From NCBI GenBank assembly GCA_963815095.1, contig CAWFFH010000003.1, forward strand, positions 640,001 to 704,000: a stretch of DNA of 64,000 bases. Reading direction: 5' to 3'. The notes beneath the pieces were generated by a model. The model ran no database searches and was not told the origin of the DNA. It saw nothing but the letters and a program-made list of their open reading frames with translations. The stretch comes from Candidatus Bathyarchaeota archaeon. Its GTDB lineage: Archaea; Thermoproteota; Bathyarchaeia; Bathyarchaeales; Bathycorpusculaceae. The position numbers were made by a program, and so were the translations under genes. Shown one piece after another: positions 58,124 through 64,000 of this stretch (within the stretch, counting starts at the first letter, position 1; each line of letters starts with the position of its first letter).

Positions 58124-59370
58124 TACTTTGCCACCTCAGCTCTTCTCTTACAGATAAGCATAACCGCCGCAGCAACCGGCAACTCAACATTCTGGTTCTT
58201 ATATGGACCCAACGTTTCCCCACTCAACCTAAACTCAGGAGCATCAAACACCAACACTTTAGCTGTGCCCTTTTTAAAAGCTACTGCTGCACTAAAAGGG
58301 TCAAAATCATTTAGGTCTTTCGCGGGGAACTCGATTTTTTTTAAGCCCGTTTTGCCATGTAAGGTTCCATTCATTCTGATTAGGCGGTGGATATCGGTTG
58401 TGACCACAGTGTCAATCTTTGAAGATTGGATTTCTCTAACATAATCAGCTAGTTTTAACCACGTTTGATCTTTCACGCCGTTGATGCTTTCCCACTTGCC
58501 TTCGGCGATGGCGCGTTTAATGATTGTATCTTTGTTATCTAGAAGCGCCTTGTTATTTAGACCGATAGCTTTCAGGTCTTCTTTATTGGAGTTTAAAAGC
58601 AGATTTTGCATTCCCACCTTTAGGCGTCTATTCCAACCGAAATTATGTAAGCTAAATTTTTTGACTGGAGTTTTTTTTCCGCCTCTCCCGCGTTTCTCCT
58701 GTGCTTCTTTATCGAGAACACTTATTCCCAACCCAGTAACATAATCGACGATTTCTTTTCTCGCCATAGCATCTAGCGATCGTACAACTTCGCTCTCGAT
58801 ATGTACATGGTATCCGCGGTGTCCAGAAAAATAAACGTGTAATTCATCTTGGGAAAAACCAAAATCGTTCTCCAACATGTCAAGCAGCTTGGCGGTTTCG
58901 TCGCGGGCTGATTGAATGCATAAATCGCATGCCCAAATTTTGGTATCAAACTTTGTCGTTTCACAGCAGGGACAAACTTCTGGAGTGATTCCTCTTCCTT
59001 CAAAACCGCATTTTGCGCATCTGAATTCGTCGTGGATTTTGTTGCATGTTGTAGGGATGTGGTCTGCATCTATGTCGAAGACCAGATCAGAGCCTATCCA
59101 GCCTTTTTTGTCCATGTCAAAATCTGGGTTTTCATAATATGCGCAGGAATGGTAGACATCTGAAGGAATAGTTTCGGCAAGGGTTGCTTTCAGGTTTTTG
59201 AATTCTGCAAATCTACGGTGTCTAACCATGAATCGTTCTTTGAACATGAGATAGCCGAATTCTCGTTGCTCAGGTAAAAAGACTGCAGGAATAACTGTTG
59301 AGGGGTCTTGGTAGTATTCGGTGAATTTTTGGTAAACGAATTCTCGAGAAGCCTCCATGCTAACCCCCAA
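58123..59370 (-). CDS. priS: DNA primase small subunit PriS
   Basis: REFG, DVYHS..YY, DLVFDIDAD, FSGHRGYH, IDTVVTTDIHRLIR..GTLHGKTGL. Confidence 0.96.
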   Translation of the reverse strand: MGVSMEASREFVYQKFTEYYQDPSTVIPAVFLPEQREFGYLMFKERFMVRHRRFAEFKNLKATLAETIPSDVYHSCAYYENPDFDMDKKGWIGSDLVFDIDADHIPTTCNKIHDEFRCAKCGFEGRGITPEVCPCCETTKFDTKIWACDLCIQSARDETAKLLDMLENDFGFSQDELHVYFSGHRGYHVHIESEVVRSLDAMARKEIVDYVTGLGISVLDKEAQEKRGRGGKKTPVKKFSLHNFGWNRRLKVGMQNLLLNSNKEDLKAIGLNNKALLDNKDTIIKRAIAEGKWESINGVKDQTWLKLADYVREIQSSKIDTVVTTDIHRLIRMNGTLHGKTGLKKIEFPAKDLNDFDPFSAAVAFKKGTAKVLVFDAPEFRLSGETLGPYKNQNVELPVAAAVMLICKRRAEVAK

Positions 59371-59435
59371 TTGATAGTAGATACTTGATCAGCTTAAATT
59401 TAACTTATGCCGATAAAAATCGGTTTTTCTTTGGG

Positions 59436-61103
59436 TTAGATTTTAAGTATGCTTTGGACGAAACTAAAAGCTTGCAGTGGATTGCCACTAAAGCAAAGCA
59501 TTATAATCATAAATATCAACCAAAAGATAGTGACTTCTAACTCTTTTTTGTTTTGGGGAATCAGAGCATACACAAAAACGTACGGTATATACCAGTATTG
59601 GAAGTAAGGCAACATGAAACTTGGAAAAAGCAAAAAAATAGCGGAGAAAGAAAGCAAACTGTTTTTGTTAAGCATGTAGGCGGCATAAACCAACGTAACT
59701 GACAGTGTCAACAAAACTCCTGCAGATTGGTATAACCAACTGATTTGAGCGTGTGGGGCAAAAGCGTTGATGGCGTTCATAACCAACTCAGGTCTGGTCT
59801 GCAAAAGAAACGGTAAACTCAGGTAAGCCGTAAAGCCACTAATCCCAAAAAACACAATTCCAAAAATAACTGCCTTTCTTTGAATGAACAATCTAAAACT
59901 GTTTCTGGTCAAAAGTTTCATCAAACCAGCAATAATTAGCGGCAAAAGGAAAAGGAAAGCTTGATACTTAAAAAAGACAGAAACTCCCATAGACAAAAAG
60001 AAGATGTCATATCGTTCACTTAGAAACATCGTTACCGCAATCAAAGCAAAGATGAATGCCACTGAATCAAACATGCCTCCGGCGGCGTAAAGCACCAAAG
60101 AAACGTAAATGATATAGAGCCCAGCTATTTTCCAGAATAAATGCGAGTTCTTGTTAAGAAAACTACTTAGGAAAAAGAAGACGCAAATATGGGCGAATAC
60201 AAGGAAAATGGCGATCTCAAGTTTGTAAATCAAAACGGGGGCAAAACCGTTCTGCAATAAGGCGCCAAAGGGCAAAAACACCAAAATGCTGCCCATCGGA
60301 TATAGATGCGGCATTTCGGGCCAAGTTACAAACATATAGCGTGAATTATCATGGTTTGCGAGTGCGCCCAAAGGTTGGGTAAACACTGATAAGCCATCTT
60401 TGAGAAATAGGCTGGACACATAATCATCTCTGACATGGTCGGTATACCAGTTATTGAACGTCGCAAGCGGGTTAGAATTTGCTGCCAAAATCACTAGCCA
60501 GATAACCAACGATATCAAAAGAAGAGCCAACAAGCGATTGCGGTAGGTTCTCGTTAAAGGTTGTGACTCTTGGGTAGGTCCTAATTTTTCTGTGAACCTA
60601 GGATAAGCCCATTTTAAAATGATTATCAGGGCAGATGTTGCACTTATTAGGAACATGATTTTTGCTGGTGTGTTAAGCCAGCCTAGTGGGTAGACGACTT
60701 GTGGTTTCTCGACTGTTACTTGAAAGTTGATCCAGCTTGCGTTTAGTTCGTTGGAATAAAAGACGGCTTCGTAGTAACTGGGTCCTACAATGAACGAGTG
60801 GGTGATGTTTTGGTTTGTTAGGTTAGAGTAAATTGTTGTGTTTGAGGTTACAACTGCAAAATTTTTCGTGAAAACCGTTGGGGAATCAACTGTTAGGGAT
60901 AGGTTTTCTCCACCACGGAAAGCGCCTAAGCCCTGCCTGAAGACTTCGTTTTGGCTTAACCTAAAGGAATCGTGGATAATGATGCTTTTTTGGTTGCTGC
61001 CGGTAGCAACTGGGTATAAGCTTGCGACCGATAAGACGATGCTTAGCACTAGAAACACAGTAACGCCTAAGAGAAGAATTTTAGCCGAGCCAAGCCTTTT
61101 CAT
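59436..61103 (-). CDS. Multi-TM GT-C-fold glycosyltransferase-like protein
   Basis: Extracellular beta domain, YTDH after a TM, HLYPMG, GMFDS, FFKYQ, YFQYWY; ~12 TMs; next to a Dpm1-like gene. Confidence 0.7.
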   Translation of the reverse strand: MKRLGSAKILLLGVTVFLVLSIVLSVASLYPVATGSNQKSIIIHDSFRLSQNEVFRQGLGAFRGGENLSLTVDSPTVFTKNFAVVTSNTTIYSNLTNQNITHSFIVGPSYYEAVFYSNELNASWINFQVTVEKPQVVYPLGWLNTPAKIMFLISATSALIIILKWAYPRFTEKLGPTQESQPLTRTYRNRLLALLLISLVIWLVILAANSNPLATFNNWYTDHVRDDYVSSLFLKDGLSVFTQPLGALANHDNSRYMFVTWPEMPHLYPMGSILVFLPFGALLQNGFAPVLIYKLEIAIFLVFAHICVFFFLSSFLNKNSHLFWKIAGLYIIYVSLVLYAAGGMFDSVAFIFALIAVTMFLSERYDIFFLSMGVSVFFKYQAFLFLLPLIIAGLMKLLTRNSFRLFIQRKAVIFGIVFFGISGFTAYLSLPFLLQTRPELVMNAINAFAPHAQISWLYQSAGVLLTLSVTLVYAAYMLNKNSLLSFSAIFLLFPSFMLPYFQYWYIPYVFVYALIPQNKKELEVTIFWLIFMIIMLCFSGNPLQAFSFVQSILKI

Positions 61104-61189
61104 TAACTTGCCTGCCTTTCATGGACCGTTAAAGTAGGGCTCACCCCGTATTTAATTATGCCCAAACAAAGATGGTTAACTCACGGCGT

Positions 61190-61948
61190 TTATGAACGCC
61201 AAACTGCCTTCATGGTATACGATAAGTAGCTTTTGATTTCGGTCCATGAAAGCTTAGATTTTCCCCGCTTCCTATTCACAAACAAAATGGGCGTTTCTTC
61301 TACATTGAAGTTCCTCAGTGATGCTTGCCTGACCGTTTCTATCTGAATTTCATAAGTGTGACTGTGCAGGTTGTTAATGGCTTCTTTAAGGAAACTCGTT
61401 GAGTAGCATCGGAACCCGCTTGTGCAATCTTTAAGTTTTAAGCCCAATGATGCTCGCGCGATGAGGTTAGCGGTTCTACTAATTACTTTTCTGGATAATG
61501 GCCACCCTGCAATTTTACCTCCTTTTACGTACCTGCTGCCGATGACAATTCCGCAGGCACATTCCCTCATGGTGGCTAATAGTTGAGGGATATCTTGTGG
61601 ATTGTGGGAGTAATCGGCATCCATTGTGAAAACATATTTTGGGGGTTCCTTGGCGGATAAGAATATTTTGAATCCATCAGTTATAGCTGTACCCAAACCC
61701 GTCTTTTTTGGTCTTACATAAAGCGTGATGTTTGGGTATTTTTTTTGTTTCTTCTGCACGATTTCTGCAGTTCCATCTGGGCTGGAATCATCAATAACCA
61801 GTATGGATGCATCCAACTTTAAATTTTCAATATCCTCAATTAGTTTTGCAATGTTTTCTGCTTCTCCATAAGTAGGAAGAATCACGCCGATTTCAGAGTT
61901 CACCATGGAATTACCAATTGATTGATAGGACATAAAAAATTTTGCCAT
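61190..61948 (-). CDS. Polyprenol-phosphate mannose synthase (Dpm1-like GT2)
   Basis: LPTYGEAENI, DDSSPDGT, MDADYSH.P, GSRY..GG, DCTSGFR, F.NR..GKSK. Confidence 0.93.
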   Translation of the reverse strand: MAKFFMSYQSIGNSMVNSEIGVILPTYGEAENIAKLIEDIENLKLDASILVIDDSSPDGTAEIVQKKQKKYPNITLYVRPKKTGLGTAITDGFKIFLSAKEPPKYVFTMDADYSHNPQDIPQLLATMRECACGIVIGSRYVKGGKIAGWPLSRKVISRTANLIARASLGLKLKDCTSGFRCYSTSFLKEAINNLHSHTYEIQIETVRQASLRNFNVEETPILFVNRKRGKSKLSWTEIKSYLSYTMKAVWRS

Positions 61949-61987
61949 CCTTACAAGAGTTTAATGAATTAATAAATCTTTAACAAG

Positions 61988-63013
61988 TCATTCCGCCTTA
62001 CTTTTCTGCTCAGTTTTTCTTTTGTAGTATTTTAGTGGATGATAGATTCTTCGGCATAAGTCATCTTTGTTCTTGCATACGCCATGGGTCTGAAGAACTG
62101 AACACTGAGGGCAAGTGTACTTTGTTCCGGACCCGCGCTCTCCAGCGATATGCTCGATTTGGTAGCGTGTTAGGCGTTCATTATAGTCGGAGAAGGTTTT
62201 GAACATATCATTCAAACCTTCAGGGGTCATTCCTATGTTTATCATGAACGAAGTTAAAGTGAAACGTCCGATGTGGCTTAGATGGTGGGCTTGAGATGCA
62301 TCTTCGTAGAGGGCGTTTATACATGGGGGGAAAGCTCCTTGAACGACAACTTTGGGCATTTCCTCAATTTCCTGTCCCATGATCGTCTGCGCCAGCTTGG
62401 TTAATTCTTCGGCTATTTCGGATATCTCTTGAGGAAGGTTTTTGATTTCTGAAACATCAAGTCTTTTTTCCACTCGATTCTTCACTTCTTCCTGAAGCAG
62501 CCGAACTGCCTTATCCTTATTTAAATAGACTATTCCTTTGTCTATAATTTGGTTAATCAGCTTCCACTCCGATCCATGCATGTGAGCAGCATTCTTCAAG
62601 TAGAAACTAAACCCTAAACCAAAATCCTTGCCCACCATGCCTTCACAAATATCCCAGTCAAAGTCTTGGGCAATAGCAAAAATCTTTTCTTTATTTTCTC
62701 CAAGCAACTGTGAATGCGCCGTTTTTGCAACAGCCAATGCGTATCTTTTTTTTATCCACGAATTTTTAGTTGCAATAACCAGAATAAGTGCCGCCGCAAA
62801 AGAAGAGATTTCTGCTCTTCTGTCCCTCACTGCCTCTCCTGTGTTCACTTCCAAGATTGCTTTTTCCACACGGTTTTGGGCGCGGTCAAAAACGGGTTTC
62901 TCAGAAGCTAAGCTTCCGATTGTGAATTGTAGTTGTTCTATCTGTTTGGAGGCTTGTTTTAGAAATGGGTATTTGGCAAAATCTTCAGAAGATAATGCCG
63001 ATTCCATTTGCAA
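61988..63013 (-). CDS. priL: DNA primase large subunit PriL
   Basis: AKYPFL, WKLINQ..DKG.VYL, FPPCI, H.GRF, TRYQIEHIAG, Fe-S Cys motif, HPL.YY. Confidence 0.95.
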   Translation of the reverse strand: MQMESALSSEDFAKYPFLKQASKQIEQLQFTIGSLASEKPVFDRAQNRVEKAILEVNTGEAVRDRRAEISSFAAALILVIATKNSWIKKRYALAVAKTAHSQLLGENKEKIFAIAQDFDWDICEGMVGKDFGLGFSFYLKNAAHMHGSEWKLINQIIDKGIVYLNKDKAVRLLQEEVKNRVEKRLDVSEIKNLPQEISEIAEELTKLAQTIMGQEIEEMPKVVVQGAFPPCINALYEDASQAHHLSHIGRFTLTSFMINIGMTPEGLNDMFKTFSDYNERLTRYQIEHIAGERGSGTKYTCPQCSVLQTHGVCKNKDDLCRRIYHPLKYYKRKTEQKSKAE

Positions 63014-63020
63014 CTTGGTC

Positions 63021-63776
63021 TTACTCTGTTTCGATTCTTGGCGCCAAGAAGAAGGTTAACTTTCCCTCTTTTGTTTGTTGGAAGTCAATTCTCACAGGCA
63101 TGTCGCTTGAGAATTCGAGAGTTGCAATATCTGAGGTTGCCGATGCTGCTTTTATGATTTCGGAGAGGTAGCTTAGGCTGAATGTTGCTTTGGCGTTCTC
63201 TTTAACTTCCAAATCCAGCAATGCGTCGTTGCCTTTTTGGAGGGTGATGGTTGCTCCCATTAAGTCGCCTGAAGCGCTTAGGGTTAATTTTTCTGGTTCT
63301 GCCTCGATTCGAACGTGGTCGCTGACTAGTTGGGCGTCTTCGATTGCTTGGCTTAAGCCTTGGGTTGTGGTTTTGGCTTTAACATTGAAGCTGATTTTTG
63401 GTGTTGGGACTTCTTCTTCGGAGGCTTCAAGCGTTGGCATCGTAAAGTTACGGCTGTACTTTCCCATTATAGTTACGAGTAATTTTCCAGTTTTTTCGTC
63501 AAGAGACAGCTCGACGGATTCGTCTTTCCCTGCTCGTTTGAGAAGTTTGAGAAGCTCGCTTATATTGAGGCAGATTTTTGATGGCTCAGTGGATATGAAT
63601 TCTTGGAAGATGGTTTTGGGCCATTCAAAATCAATCATGGCGACGCGTGAGGGGTCCATGGCTCGAAGTTTTAAGCCTTCAGCGTCAATTTTGAAGGTTG
63701 CTTCGTCAACTAGAATTGAGATGGCAGTTGCCATATCTCTTAGGAGTTTAGCGTCAGACACTTTAAGCTTGAACAT
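63021..63776 (-). CDS. pcn: PCNA sliding clamp
   Basis: Start re-assigned to ATG 63776; LRAMDPSRVAM, FSLSYL, FFLAPR. Confidence 0.97.
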   Translation of the reverse strand: MFKLKVSDAKLLRDMATAISILVDEATFKIDAEGLKLRAMDPSRVAMIDFEWPKTIFQEFISTEPSKICLNISELLKLLKRAGKDESVELSLDEKTGKLLVTIMGKYSRNFTMPTLEASEEEVPTPKISFNVKAKTTTQGLSQAIEDAQLVSDHVRIEAEPEKLTLSASGDLMGATITLQKGNDALLDLEVKENAKATFSLSYLSEIIKAASATSDIATLEFSSDMPVRIDFQQTKEGKLTFFLAPRIETE

Positions 63777-64000
63777 TTTCCTCTCTTCCTCGCTATATGC
63801 ATACAGGTAATATGCTAACATTACAGTCTGAGTTAATAAATTTGTTCTAGTGGAACCCACAAATATTTACTTAAAGATTGGGAACGTAATGTGGTTGTTT
63901 TGTATTGAAGGGGCTTAAGTTTTTTCTAAGTAACATTGTTAGTAGCCTTTGTTTTTGCTTGATAAGTCATAAAGTATAAGAATGTGTATGTTTCTTTTAT

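Noticed and set aside
63190-63810. 206-aa plus-strand ORF and other long antisense ORFs
   Set aside because: They are antisense to conserved housekeeping genes (here PCNA) and are Ser-rich codon shadows

Overview
Core chromosomal region of an archaeon, most likely Bathyarchaeia (TACK). This placement is an inference from gene content and order: PolD DP1/DP2, Elf1, GINS15, GGGP synthase, a thaumarchaeosortase-like exosortase, frequent TTG/GTG starts and lineage-typical Cys-rich hypotheticals. The window holds translation and transcription genes (aIF2-gamma, rpo7/spt4/S24e/S27ae, L3-L4-L23-L2-S19, aIF5A, SRP54-Pus10-L21e-rpo4, L10e, csl4-rpo11-TFS) and an intron-containing tRNA-Ser(CGA). It also holds a double-guide C/D-box sRNA missing from the ORF track, the PCNA-PriL-PriS-GINS cluster interrupted by two glycosylation genes, and cdc6/orc1 with an adjacent origin (four ORB-like boxes plus an AT-rich DUE). 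The most striking unexplained structure lies immediately right of oriC. Three small genes encode HTH-like proteins, one with a transmembrane anchor, a long coiled coil and a C-terminal winged helix. They are interleaved with dense arrays of GTGAY/RTCAC half-sites and GTGAYRTCAC palindromes, plus a second GTGAA/TTCAC array. This is a candidate centromere-like origin-to-membrane tethering or segregation module with no ParA/ParB. No CRISPR array, integrase, transposase or rRNA was seen.
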